From positions 7,136,001-7,200,000 of the forward strand of contig CAVTTN010000002.1 in NCBI GenBank assembly GCA_963737655.1: a stretch of 64,000 bases of DNA, given 5' to 3'. The stretch is from an uncultured Planctomycetota bacterium. Its GTDB lineage: Bacteria > Planctomycetota > Planctomycetia > Isosphaerales > Isosphaeraceae. The position numbers were made by a program, and so were the translations under genes. Under the pieces are notes generated by a model, which saw nothing but the letters and a program-made list of their open reading frames with translations, was not told the origin of the DNA and made no database searches. Positions 51,996 to 64,000 of the stretch are shown here, one piece after another (the stretch's first letter is position 1; each line of letters opens with the position of its first letter).

Positions 51996-54900
51996 ATCTT
52001 GAGAAACGCCAGGAGGTCGGCCAGTTCCTTCTCGGTGAATTGCCGGTCGAGCCCGGCGGGCATCACGGAGACCGTCCCCGGCTTCATCGCGTCGATCTCC
52101 GCGCGAGGGATCCGCACCTCCTGATTGGGCCCCGTGGCCAGGACGACCTCCTCGGCCGAGTCCTTGCGGATCGTCCCGCTCACGAGGCGGCCGTCCGTGG
52201 TGGCGACCACGACCGGCTCGTAACTGCGGACGAAGCTCGCGCTCGGATAAAGGATCGATTCGAGGAGGTCGCGCTCGGTGCGGGCCTTGCCGATGTTCGT
52301 CAGGTCCGGCCCGACAGTCCCGCCGACGTAGCCGATCGCGTGGCACGCGGTGCAGGCCGCTTTGGGGCTGTTGAAGATCGCCTGGCCCCGACGGACGTCC
52401 CCGCCCTTGAGCCTCGCGACGAGGTCATCGAGCCTCGCCGCCCGGCCGATCGCCTCGGAATCGATCGCGGCGTACAGGGGGCCGGCGGCGTTCTCGACCT
52501 CCGGGCCGAACTTCGCCAGGATCGGCCGGATCGTGTCGAGCCTCAGCGCCGGGGCCGATCCCGAGGCGCTCAGGCTGGCCACGAGCGCCCGGCCGACCTC
52601 GGCGTCGGTCGTCTTCGCGAACGCCGGCAGGAGCCTCGGCAATTCGACGGGGCCGACGCCTCGGATCGCCCTCGCCAGCGCTTCGAGCTGGCCGCGATCG
52701 AGCGAGGCGTTCGTCAGGACCTCGACGGCCCGAGACCTCGCCGCCACCGCGTTCGTCGGCTCGATCCGGGCGATCAGGAACGCGAAGGTCTCGGGCGAGA
52801 GCGCGTCGATCGGCCCGGCGGCGAGGGCATCGAGCCGGACTTCCGCCGGGGCCCCGGGGTCGTCGCCGAGCCTTTTCAACGGGGCGATCAGAGACGGGCT
52901 CACCTTGCCCGACGATGCGAGCGCCCGGGCCGTCGCCGCCCCCTGGCGGACGAGGTCGGCGTCGCCCGACGTGATCGCCGACGCCACCCCTTCGGCCAAA
53001 GGCGCGGGCACGTCCTTCATCGCCGAGCCCGCCAGGCTTCGAAGGACCAGGAGGCGGGAGTCTCTCGGGGTCGCGGCGTCCTTCAACACATCCGCCATCA
53101 CCGATCGGATCGCCTCCGACCGCGAGAACCGGGCGAGGAGCGATTCGAGGTCGTCGGGCGCGGGGACGGCGAACGGCCCGGCGCCGAGCCACTCGCGGAA
53201 CGTCCCGGCCAGGGCGTCTCCGTACTCGGGATGCCGCTCGATCAGCCAGGCGGCCCCCTCCCGGAGGCCCCGGTCGGTCGCTCCGAGGTGGCGGACGACC
53301 GCCGGGGCCGGCATCGGCCGTCCCATGCCTTCGAGGGCGAACATGGCGACGAGCGGGTCGGCCTTCGGGCGCACCGCGAGCATTCGCACGGTCTCGTTCG
53401 GGTCGTTGATCTCGATCAGGGCGAACGTGACCGCATGGCGGAGGATGCGATCGTTCGGTTCGATGGGGGCGTCGAGCAGGGTCAGGATCGACGACGACCG
53501 GCCGATCCTTCCGAGCGCCTCGGCCGCCGCCCTCCGCACCAGAGGCGGGGTCCAACGACTGCGAAGGAGGGCGCCCAAAGGCTCCTCGGCCGAGGCGTCC
53601 CTCCACAGGGACACCGAATGGGCCGACGCCAGCCGAACGGTCTCGTCGTCGTCCTGCAAGCCCAGGCGGGCCAGGGCGCGGGCCTCGGGGGCGTCGATCC
53701 GGCAGGCCGCCCAGATCGCGAGCCGCCTCGACTCGCCCGATTTCGAGAAGCTGAAGAGCCTCAGCAACGCGGGGACCGCCGCCGCGCCCGATCTCCCCAG
53801 CGCGGACACCGCCCGGTCGCGGACCGCCGGCCTCGGGTCCGCGAGCAGGTTGGCGAGCGTCGAGGAGGTCGCCTTCGCCCAGTCGATCGCGAGGCCCCGG
53901 GGGTCCTCGACCCGCGGCATCCCGGTCCGTCGGACCCGGTAAATCCCGCCCAGGACGTCCGGCTTGACGATCTGCGACGTCGGGCAGCAGAGCTTGTACC
54001 AGCCCCCGGTGTCGATCACCAGGACGCTGCCGTCGGCGTCCTCGATCACGTCCGTCGGGTGGAAATCGGTGTCGTCGGAGGCGAGGAAATCCGAGTCCTC
54101 GGTCCGGAACGTGGCGCCGTCGGGGATCAGGACGTGCCTGGAGACCTTGCGCAGGTTGAACTGACAGGCGAGCAGTTGATTGCGGAAGCCCAGGGCGTCG
54201 GAATCGAGGCGGACGAGCCCGCTCGGGGCGGCCGGGCCGAGGTGGGTCATCACGGGCATCACGTCCGGGCCGGTCCGGGGATGGCCGTCGATCACGTCGT
54301 GAATCTTGCCGTAAACGCCTCCATGGATCGCGTGGATCAGGCCGTCGCGGCGGCCTCCGCCGGGGTGCTGGAGGAAGGTGGTCGTGAAGATCGGCTCGCC
54401 CCCCGGCGTGAACACCACGTCCACCGGGTTATCCATGCCTCCGGTCATCACCGGCTCGATCTCGGAGCCGTCGGGGCGGGCCCGGAAGATGTGGGCGGCC
54501 CGGGTCACGAGCGGGGGCTTGCCCGGCCGTTCGTAGGTCTGCGGGGCGAACGCCCCCTTGCACCAGTAGATCCGGCCGTCGGGGCCGGGGTAGGGGCCGT
54601 GGAGGTCATTGGCGCAGCCGGTCAGGGTCTTGCCTCGGAACCACTCCTCGCGGAGGTCCGCCCGGCCGTCGCCGTCGAGGTCCGTGAGCTTCCAGATCGA
54701 CGGCGGCGCGGCGACATAGAGCGATCCCTCGCGCCACATCGCCCCCTCGGGGAACATCATCCGGTCGGCGAAGACCGTCGATCGGTCGAGCCGGCCGTCG
54801 CCGTCGGGATCCTCGAGGCGGACGATCCGATGCGGCTTCTTCAGGAGCTGCTCCTGGACCTTCTCGTTCGACCCGCTGGAATCGGCGACGTAGAGCCTCC

Positions 54901-55075
54901 CGAGTTCGTCGAACGAGGCGACGATCGGCCGGTCTACCCCCGGGGCCGCGGCGACCTTCTCGACCGTGAAGCCGTCCGGCACGACGAACGCCCGGCCATC
55001 GACGCGGACCTCGCCGGCCGCCCCCATCGAGGCACCCAGGAGCGCCACTGCCAGGAATCCCAGGGTTCGCCGCAT
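51992..55075 (-). CDS. PVC-type heme-binding CxxCH protein (dehydrogenase beta-propeller, HEAT repeats, cytochrome c)
   Basis: FDELGRLYVADS, EDPDGDGRLD, GPDGRIYW, GDVRRGQAIF..ACTACH..GPDLT, SVMPAGL. Confidence 0.9.
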   Translation of the reverse strand: MRRTLGFLAVALLGASMGAAGEVRVDGRAFVVPDGFTVEKVAAAPGVDRPIVASFDELGRLYVADSSGSNEKVQEQLLKKPHRIVRLEDPDGDGRLDRSTVFADRMMFPEGAMWREGSLYVAAPPSIWKLTDLDGDGRADLREEWFRGKTLTGCANDLHGPYPGPDGRIYWCKGAFAPQTYERPGKPPLVTRAAHIFRARPDGSEIEPVMTGGMDNPVDVVFTPGGEPIFTTTFLQHPGGGRRDGLIHAIHGGVYGKIHDVIDGHPRTGPDVMPVMTHLGPAAPSGLVRLDSDALGFRNQLLACQFNLRKVSRHVLIPDGATFRTEDSDFLASDDTDFHPTDVIEDADGSVLVIDTGGWYKLCCPTSQIVKPDVLGGIYRVRRTGMPRVEDPRGLAIDWAKATSSTLANLLADPRPAVRDRAVSALGRSGAAAVPALLRLFSFSKSGESRRLAIWAACRIDAPEARALARLGLQDDDETVRLASAHSVSLWRDASAEEPLGALLRSRWTPPLVRRAAAEALGRIGRSSSILTLLDAPIEPNDRILRHAVTFALIEINDPNETVRMLAVRPKADPLVAMFALEGMGRPMPAPAVVRHLGATDRGLREGAAWLIERHPEYGDALAGTFREWLGAGPFAVPAPDDLESLLARFSRSEAIRSVMADVLKDAATPRDSRLLVLRSLAGSAMKDVPAPLAEGVASAITSGDADLVRQGAATARALASSGKVSPSLIAPLKRLGDDPGAPAEVRLDALAAGPIDALSPETFAFLIARIEPTNAVAARSRAVEVLTNASLDRGQLEALARAIRGVGPVELPRLLPAFAKTTDAEVGRALVASLSASGSAPALRLDTIRPILAKFGPEVENAAGPLYAAIDSEAIGRAARLDDLVARLKGGDVRRGQAIFNSPKAACTACHAIGYVGGTVGPDLTNIGKARTERDLLESILYPSASFVRSYEPVVVATTDGRLVSGTIRKDSAEEVVLATGPNQEVRIPRAEIDAMKPGTVSVMPAGLDRQFTEKELADLLAFLKM

Positions 55076-55463
55076 GCCTCGCCTCCCCGAAGACCACCCA
55101 CGCCGGCCGAGAGGTCTCATCTTAGCCCCCGCGCCCCGCCGGCCGCAAACACCCTCCCGGTCCGTCCGCGTGCATGCATGATATTAAAGTGCGGATAAAT
55201 CCTTGCGCGGGCGAGTGTTGATTTTTTTCATCATGACGCGAGGCCGCGTTTCGGGCCGCCGGACCGAACTCCAGGCGTCATCGGGAGTAGGGAGGCAGCA
55301 TCGGGCCATCCATCAAGGCGGGCAACATATGGCAGGCGGATCACGCCCGCGATTTTCGATCAAACGTCTTGCATTCCGATCTTAGCGGAACAAAGCTTGG
55401 ATCTTGCCGGCTGCGAGGGCTGTAAGGGTCGCTGCGAGAGACTCCGCTGAGGGAGGTCAGGCC

Positions 55464-58400
55464 ATGACGCGCATCGTGGGCGTTCGTCGTCCGAGGGTGG
55501 GGATATCGTCTCCCAAGCGGAAGCCGGCGAGGCCGGGGATCGTCGAGCTGGAACGGCGGATCATGCTCGACGGCGCCTTGCCCGACCTGCTCGTCTCGGC
55601 GGCCTCGGCGCCGGCCTCGGCGGTCGTCGGCAACGGGACCACGATCCCGATCTCGTTCACCGTGACCAATGACGGCACGGCCGACGTGCCCGCCCAGACC
55701 TACTGGCAGGACGCCGTCTATCTCTCCCCGACCGCGACCTACAACCCGAACACGGCCGTCTCCGTCGCCTCGCAGTACAACCCGTACACGAAGCCCCTGC
55801 CGGTCGGCTCGTCGTACACGACCTCTGCGAACGCGACGGTCCCCAACTTCCCCGTGGGGCAGGCGTACCTGATCTTCGAGGCGGATGCCTTCAACGGCCT
55901 GGTCGAGTCGGACGAGACGAACAATGCCAAGGCCGTGCCGATCGCGCTGAACTCGCCCGGAAACGTCGATTTGAAGGTCACGAGCGTCTCGTCGAGCGCC
56001 TCGACGGCGATCGCCGGAGACGGCCAGACGGTGGACGTGACCTACACGGTCAAGAACGTGGGGACGGTGGCGGCGGCCGCCTCGTGGTACGACGAGATCG
56101 ACCTGGCGAACGCCGCCGACGGCACCGGGTCGCCGGTCCTCCTGACCACCTCATCCCCGCCCGACGGCACGCCCCCCCTGGCGGCGGGGGCGTCGTACAC
56201 CCTCACGCAAACCGTGACGATCCCCAACACGGATGCCGGCTCGAAATTCCTTTCCGTGACGACCGATCGTTACAACTCGCAGTTCGAGACCGATGCGACG
56301 AACGACCAGGCCTCGATCCCGATCACGATCACCCGGCCGAACGTGGACCTCGCGGTGACGAGCCCCTCGGCGCCGACCTCGGCGATCGACGGCGCGTCGA
56401 TCCCCGTCTCGTTCTCGGTGAAGAACAACGGGACCGACCCGGCGGCCGGGTCGTGGAACGACCAGGTTTATCTTTCGAGCGACTCGACGCTCTCCAACGA
56501 CGACTCGCTGTTGACCTCGCTCTCGGCCAACACGGCGGGAGTGCCCCTGGCCCCGGGGCAATCGTATCTCCAGAACACTTCGGTCTCGATTTACAACGCC
56601 AAGGTCGGCGACTTCTTCCTCCTCTTCGTGACCAACCCGGCCCAGGGGACGAACCGGCCGAGCCAGGCCGAGACCGACGAGCCGGGGCTGGCCAACGACG
56701 TGCAGGCGTTGCCCATCCACCTGGACGCGCCCGACCTGGCGGTCTCCGGCCTCCAGGCGCCGAGCTCGGCGATCCTCGGCGCGACGATCCCGGTCTCGTT
56801 CACGGTCACGAACGTGGGGGACGTCGCCACCGCGACCACCTGGCAAGACGCGATCTACCTCTCCGACACGCCGACCTTCAACTCCTCGACGGCCACCTAC
56901 GTGGCGTCGTTCTCCTCGGACAACTCGGGGTCCGGCGGAGGAGGCGTCGAATCGACCGGCTCGCCCCTGGCCCCGGGCGACAGCTACACCCGGAACGAGA
57001 CCGTCACCCTGCCCGATTCGCCCACGGGCAATCGCTACTTGCTGGTGGTCACCGACGGCGCCGGCCAGTACTCGTACTTCGGACAGCCCGAGCTCAACGC
57101 CGCGAACGACGTCCAGGCGCTGCCGATCTCCCTGGCCGCGCCCGACTTGACGCTGACCGGGGCGACGGCCCCGGCCTCGGCCGTCCTGGGCGACACGGTC
57201 CCGGTCTCGTTCACCGTGAGCAACGCGGGGAGCGTCGAGGCGCCGGCCTACTGGACGGACGCGGTGTATCTCTCTCCCACCTCCACCTACGATCCCAGCA
57301 CCGCGATCTTCGTCAACTCGTTCTCCCAGAACGACAATTCGCCGCTGGCTCCCGGGGCGAGCTACACGAGGAACGAGAACGTCCGCCTCCCCGGAGGGAT
57401 CTCCGGCGACGCCTACATCCTCTTCATCGCCGACGCCTACCACGCCCAGGGGGACGTCAACCGCGCCAACAACGTCGAGTCGCTGCCGATCCACCTGGAC
57501 GCGCCGGACCTCACGGCGACGGCCCTCTCGGCCCCGGCCTCGGCGTCGCTCGGGCAGTCGATCAGCGTGACCTATTCGGTCAAGAACGTGGGGACCGTCC
57601 CCGCGCCGGGGTCGTGGAACGATGCATTCTACATCTCCGACACCGCCACGCTCGACACCTCCAAGGCCACGTTCGTGGGCTATTCCAGCGTGAGCGGGCA
57701 ATCGCCCCTCGCGGCCGGGGCGAGCTACTCGTGGACCCAGTCAATCGCCATCCCGAACACCGCCACGGGCGACCGCTACCTGATCGTCGTGACCGACTTC
57801 AACGACGGCCAGCCCGAGACCGACACGACCAACGACACCTTCGCCGCCCCGATCCACCTGGACGCCCCCGACCTCTCCGTGACCACGGCCTCCTCGCAAT
57901 CGACGAGCCTGGTCGTCGACGGCACCGACTCCGTGAGCTGGACCGTCAAGGACCTGGCGGCCACGCCCGCGGCCGGGCAGTGGTACGACCAGCTCTACCT
58001 CTCGACCAAGTCCACGTTCGACTCCTCGGCCGTGTCGATCGGCCAGTTCTCGGCCAGCGACGTCTCGCCCCTGGCCGGGGGGGCGTCCTACTCGCGGACC
58101 GAGACGGTCACGATCCCCTCCACGGCCCCCCAGGGGAGCGTCTATCTCCTGGTCGTGACCAATCCGTACAACGGCCAGCCCGAGAGCGACGGCGGAGGTT
58201 CCAAGGGGACCAACAACACCTTCGCCATCCCCGTGACCGTCTCCGCGCCCGACCTGACCGTCACCGATGCCTCGGTCACTCCCGCCGAGTTCGAGGAGGG
58301 CAACGGCCAGTCCGTCACCGTCAACTACACCGTGAAGAACCAGGGGACCGTCGCCGCGCTGCATAGCTGGTATGACGACATCTACGTTTCTAGCAGCCCG

Positions 58401-61400
58401 ACTTACGATTCGACGGCCAAGTACCTGGGCTACGCCTACTTCAACAACACGTCGTCGCTGGCGGCGGGGTCGTCGTATTCGGAGAGCGTCCCGGTCACGA
58501 TCCCGGCGACGGCGGCCGGGGCGCAATACATCCTGATCGTCGCGAATCAGAGCTTCTCCCAGGGCGAGAGCGACCAGACGAACAACATGAAGGCGGTGCC
58601 GGTCACCGTCGATGCTCCGGCGGTGGACCTCACGATCACCGCCGCGACCGGACCGAGCGAGGCGGTCGTCAATCAGGCCCTATCGCTCAGCCTCACGGTC
58701 AAGAACGCGGGCACCGCGCCCGCCAATGGGTCGTGGACCGACGGCGTGTACCTCTCGAAGACCTCGACCCTGGACAACACCGCCTTGTACCTGGCCGCGG
58801 GGTACCCGGCCTCGCCCCTGGCGGCCGGCGCGAGCTACACCGAGACCCTCACCGGCACCCTCTACAACGAGACCTCGGGCGATTACTACCTGATCTTCCG
58901 GACCGACGACAACGGCCACCAGGGAGAGACCGACGCCACCAACGACCTGAAGGCCCTGCCGATCCACATCGACGTGCCGGACCTGGTCGTCTCCAACCTC
59001 CAGGCCCCGGCCGCCCTGGAGCTGAACAAGACGTACACGATCAGCTACACGGTGACGAACCCGAGCGCCTTCGACACCCAGGTCCCCTGGGCCGACCAGA
59101 TCTACCTGGGCGATCATCCCACGCTCACCGGGAATTATTCGTCCGTGGCGTACATCGATCAGGGACCCTACGGAGGCTCGAACAACTCGCCGCTGAAGGC
59201 CGGGCAGAGCTACACCGAGACGTATTCCTTGACGGTCCCCAACGGCCAGACCGGCAACCTGTATCTGATCGTGATGGCCGATTCGTACCAGGAGCAGGGC
59301 GTGGTGGACCCCACCCACCTGGTCGCCTCGGTCCCGGTCCACGTCGCCCCCTCGGAGGCCGACCTGACCGTGACCGACGCCTCGGCCCCGGCCTCGGCCG
59401 TCCTGGGAGTGCCGTTCTCGGCCTCGTTCACGGTCGAGAACGCCGGGGATAATGACGCCTCGGCGAAGTGGTATGACGCGGTCTACGTCTCGAACAACAC
59501 CAAGCTCGACTCGACGGCCACCCTCGTGGCGCAGATCGACGAATCGGGCCAGTCCCCGCTTTCGGCCGGATCGTCCTACACCGCCTCGCCGACCCTGACG
59601 ATCCCCCAGACGGCCATCGGCGATCGGTATCTCCTGTTCGTGACCAACTCCAACGGGGCCCAGGAGGAGCTCGATAGCACGAACAACACGAAGGCCGTGC
59701 CGATCTCGCTCAACGCGCCCGACCCGGCCGTGACCGCCGTGACCGCGCCGAGCTTCGCCCTGCCCGGCGACACGATCCACGTGACCTGGACCGTCACCAA
59801 CAAGGGCGACGTCCCCACCACGGCCAACTGGACCGACACGGTCGCGCTGAGCACCGACGGGTCGCTCGGAGGGATCGTCGCGTACCTGACCGGCGTGAAC
59901 GTGGCGTCGCCGACCCTGCCCCTCGCCCCCGGCCAGTCCTACACCCTCGCCCGCGACCTGACCCTCCCGACCGGGATCGCCCCCAGGTCGTATCAGGTCC
60001 TGATCGAGACCGATTCGGGCGGCTACTACACCGCTCAGCCCGAGTCGGACACGACCAACGACGTCGGCACCGCGCCGATCGCCATCGGCGCCTCCGACCT
60101 GACCGTCGATACGTTCGTCGCCCCGACCTCGGCGAACTATGGGGATACGCTGACGCTGACCTGGACCGATCGCAACGACGGCGTCCCCCCGATCAACACG
60201 GCCTGGAGCGACGGGATCTACCTCTCGTCCAATTCCTCGTTCGACACCACGGCCACCCTGCTGCAGACCGTCTCGGCCTCCGACGCCGTCCCCCTGGCGG
60301 CCGGGGACAGCTCGGCCCGGTCGGCGATGGTCACGATCCCGATCACCGCGACCTCGGCCTCCGGCAACTATTACCTGTTCGTGGTGGTCGATTCCCTCAA
60401 TCAGATCGCCGAGACGAACGAGGCGAACAACACCGCGAGCGCGCCGATCGCCCTGACCGTCCCCGCTCTGCCCGACCTGATCGTGACGAACCTGTCCACC
60501 CCCGCCACCGGGTACGCCGGGGTCGCCGCCACGATCACCTGGACCGACGCGAACGTGGGCCAGGCGGAGGCGGATGGGACGTGGGTCGATCGCGTGTTCG
60601 CCTCGCTCTCCGGCTCGGGCTCGAATCCGATCGCCCTGGGGAACTTCCCGCTCTCCGGGCCCCTGGCGGCGGGATCGGCCGTGAATCGATCGATCCCGGT
60701 GACGCTCCCCTCGACGCCCGGGACGTATTACCTGTTCGTGAACACCGACGCCACCAACGTGGTGGCCGAAGCGGCCGGCGAGGCCAACAACGTGACCGGC
60801 TCGCCCGTCCCGGCGGTCCTCACGATCGCGCCATTGCCCGACCTCGTCGTGACCTCGGTGGTCCCCCCGGCCGACGGAGTGACCGGGGGCATCCCGATCC
60901 CGATCCGCTTCACCGTGAAGAACCAGGGGGCCGCCCCCACGCAGTCGCCGGCCTGGGACGACTTCGTGATCCTCTCGCAGGACTCCACGCTCACCTTCGA
61001 CGGCAGTTATGACCAGCTCCTCAACAATCAGCCCGTCCTCGCCGAGTTCCCCAACCCGTCGTATCTGAACCCCGGGCAGTCCTATACGCAGACGGTCAAC
61101 GTGACCCTGCCGAAGTCGGCGTCCGGGCCGTGGTACGCCTACGTGGTGGCCAACGGGCTGGGCTCGCACTATGCACCCGGGCTGGCCGAGAGCGACCGGA
61201 CGAACAACCTGCTCAAGAGCGCGTCGTTCAACGTCTTGCTCTCGCCCCCGGCCGACCTCCAGACCTCGAACGTGGCGGCGCCGGCCCAGGCGTTCTCCGG
61301 CCAGCCCCTCTCGGTGGGCTGGACGGTGACCAACGTGGGCGCCGGCACGACCGATGTCTCGGGGTGGACCGACGAGGTCTATCTCTCGCCCACCTCGACG

Positions 61401-64000
61401 TTCGACGCCTCCTCGGCCATCGACCTCGGCGGGTTCGACCACTCCGGGGCGCTGCGCCGGGGGCCTCGTATCGGGGCTCGGCCACGGTCACCCCGGCGAT
61501 CACCTTGAGCGGGTCGTATTACGTCTTCGTGCAAAGCAACCTCGGCGGCTCGGTGTTCGAGAACGGGGCCACGGCCAACGACCTGGCCGCCGAGACGACC
61601 CCGACGGCGATCGCGCCGACCCCTCCGCCCGACCTCCAGGTCGATTCGGTGACGGCCCCGGCCTCGGCCCTGGCGTCTCATGCGTTGACGATTACTTACA
61701 AGGTCGAGAACGCCGGGTCGACGGCCACGAACGTCGCGAGCTGGACCGACAGCGTGTACCTCGCCCCGCCCGGCACCTTCGACGCGAGCAAGGCCGTCCT
61801 CCTGGGGACCGTCGCCCACAACGGGATGCTCGCGGTGGGCGCGTCGTACACCTCCGCGGCCACGTTCACGCTGCCCGACGGCCTCTCCGGCACGTATGAC
61901 CCCGTGGTCGTCACGGATTCGGCGCAGGACGTGTACCAGCTCGACCGCTCGAACGACACGAAGGCCGGCTCGGCCATCGCCGTGACCTCCAGCCCGGCCG
62001 ACCTGGTCGTGACCTCCGCGACGTCGGCCGCGACCGGGGCGGCCGGGGCGCGGTGCCGATCTCCTGGACGGTCAAGAACGTCGGCACGGGCGATTCGGCC
62101 GTCTCCTCGTGGGTCGATAAGGTCTATTTCACCGGTTCCTCCACGTTCGAGAACGTCACCTTCGTGGGGTCGTTCCTCCACACCGGCTTGCTCGGGGCGG
62201 GGCAGTCGTACACCGGCTCGGGCGTGGTCACGCTGCCCGTGGTGCCGACCGCCACCTACTACCTGTTCGTGATCGCCGATGGCCAGGTCGTCCCGATCGA
62301 GGACGGGACCTCGCTGGCCGCGACCGGCCCGAACGGGACGGTCCACGAGTCGAACGAGGCCAACAACACGTCGGCCGCCGTCCCGATTGCCGTCTCGAGC
62401 AACCTGCCCGACCTGACCATCTCCTCGGTCTCGGCGCCGGCCTCGGCCTCGGGGGGCTCCTCGGTCAGCGTGTCGTGGACCGAGGCGAATACGGGGACCG
62501 GCCCGACCCTCGTGAATGCCTGGTACGACGACATCTGGGCGACCACGGCGAACGACGTGGGGCAGGGGGGCACGGACGTCTATCTCGGCAGCCTCTACCA
62601 CCCGAACGTCCTCGGCGCCGGGCAATCCTACACCGCCTCGGCCTCGGTGGTCCTGCCCGCGACGTTCGCCGCCGGGGACTACAAGATCGTCGTCCGGGCC
62701 GACCGGCCCTCGGCCCCGCCGAACTTCTCGGACCTCGTCAACCGGGTGGTCGAGGCGAGCGAGACGAACAACGACAAGGCGTCGGCGATCGTTCACGTGA
62801 CGGCGGCCCCCGCGCCCGACCTCCACCTGACGACCCTGAACGCCCCGGCCACCGGATTCGGCGGCCAGGACATCACCGTCTCGTGGACCGTCCGCAACGA
62901 CGATCAGGCCACGAAGGCCACCGATTCCTGGCACGACGCGGTCTATCTCTCCCTGGACCAGACGCTCGACCGCAACGTCGATGTCCCCCTCGGATCGGTC
63001 GACGAGGGGGGAGTGCTGGCCTCCGGCGCCTCGTACACCGGCACCCTCACCGCGAGGCTGCCGGCCGGCCTCGCCGGCAATTATTACGTGATCGTGGTGG
63101 CCAACAGCGGCGACAGCCTGTTCGAGGCGGGCCGGACGGCGAACAACCAGGCCATCTCGACCCAGGCGACGAGCGTGGCGGCGGCCCCGCCGGTGGACCT
63201 CGTCGCCGGGACGATCACCGTCCCCGCCAACGCCGTCCCCGGCGCCTCGGCCACGATCACCTACACCGTGACCAACGCGGACAACCAGGCGATTTCCGGC
63301 TCCTGGTACGATTCGCTCTACCTCTCGTCGGGGACGACCCTCTCCGCCACCGACCCGAGGATCGGCCGCGTCCTCCACACCGGAGGGATCGCCGCCAACG
63401 GCTCGTATACCGAGACGCTCACCGCCCCGTTGCCCGCCGAGGCGCCCGGCGACTACCACGTGATCCTCCGGGCCGACGTCCTGAACCTCGTCCCCGAGAC
63501 GAACGAGGCGAACAACCTCTCGGCGTCGATCGACACCTCCTCCGTGGACGTCCCCCCGCTGACCCTGGGGACCCCGGCGACCGGCACGCTCGCCGTCGGG
63601 CAATCGGATTATTACAAGTTCACGGCCAATGCCGGCGACACGATCGAGATCGACCTCTCGGGGACGCCGACGACCGGCGCGACCGAGCTCGACGCCAGCT
63701 TCGGCTCCCTACCCAGTCGCGCCTCGGCCGATTTCCGCTCGGCGAGCCCGTTCGTGACCGGCCAGTCGATCCTGATCCCGTCGGCCCAGGCCGGAACGTA
63801 CTATGTTCAGGCGTACGGGGCGGTCGGGACCGTCAATTTCACCCTGACGGCGAGGGTGATCCCGTTCTCGATCACCTCCGCCTCGCCCTCGGCGATCGGG
63901 AACGCGGGGCCCTCGACGCTGGAAGTCGTCGGGGCGAAGTTCGACCGGGCGACGAACTTCCAGCTCGTCTCGACGACCGGCCAGGTCATCGGGGCCACGG
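55464..64000 (+). CDS. Giant secreted CARDB/Ig-repeat protein (about 21 repeats, then a PPC-like domain) with LEPR-XLL-type N-terminus; frameshifts near 61450 and 62050; open at the right edge
   Basis: IVELERRIMLD; repeated PDLxVT..VxWTVxNxG..WxDxVYLS..ExNExNN units; the frame from 62101 reads open to 64000. Confidence 0.9.

Overview
High-GC (about 70% by eye) bacterial DNA with planctomycete hallmarks: LEPR-XLL-type secreted proteins, TIGR03067-type and PVC heme-binding CxxCH proteins, DUF1580, and an ECF sigma/Ser-Thr kinase pair. The lineage (probably Isosphaeraceae-like) is my inference. Left part (1 to about 25.7 kb): a decaying integrative element anchored at the 3' end of tRNA-His. It carries a broken tyrosine integrase, a DUF1580 excisionase-like gene, a Prim-Pol replication gene and a TerS-like HTH gene. 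Its cargo is DUF418, an MBOAT and an ECF-kinase-secreted beta-propeller module, together with IS66 and IS1-like remnants and a degraded SNF2 helicase/DUF1156 methyltransferase restriction-like locus. Nine copies of a 17-bp palindrome GTGGAMGC-S-GCKTCCAC (KorB-operator-like core) are scattered between the element's genes, and I saw none in the core region. Right part (25.8-64 kb) is mostly core chromosome: Gfo/Idh/MocA, an acidic protein, a TPR protein, purine nucleoside phosphorylase, a small-protein/HEPN pair, ileS, DUF2203, two tRNA-Arg genes, a hybrid histidine kinase, an esterase, GH15, an SDR, a Ser/Thr kinase, three PVC dehydrogenase/cytochrome genes with GTAG-type REPs at their stop codons, and a giant CARDB-repeat protein running off the right edge. 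Several core genes have isolated frameshifts that may be assembly errors. All family calls come from motifs read by eye; no database search was run.
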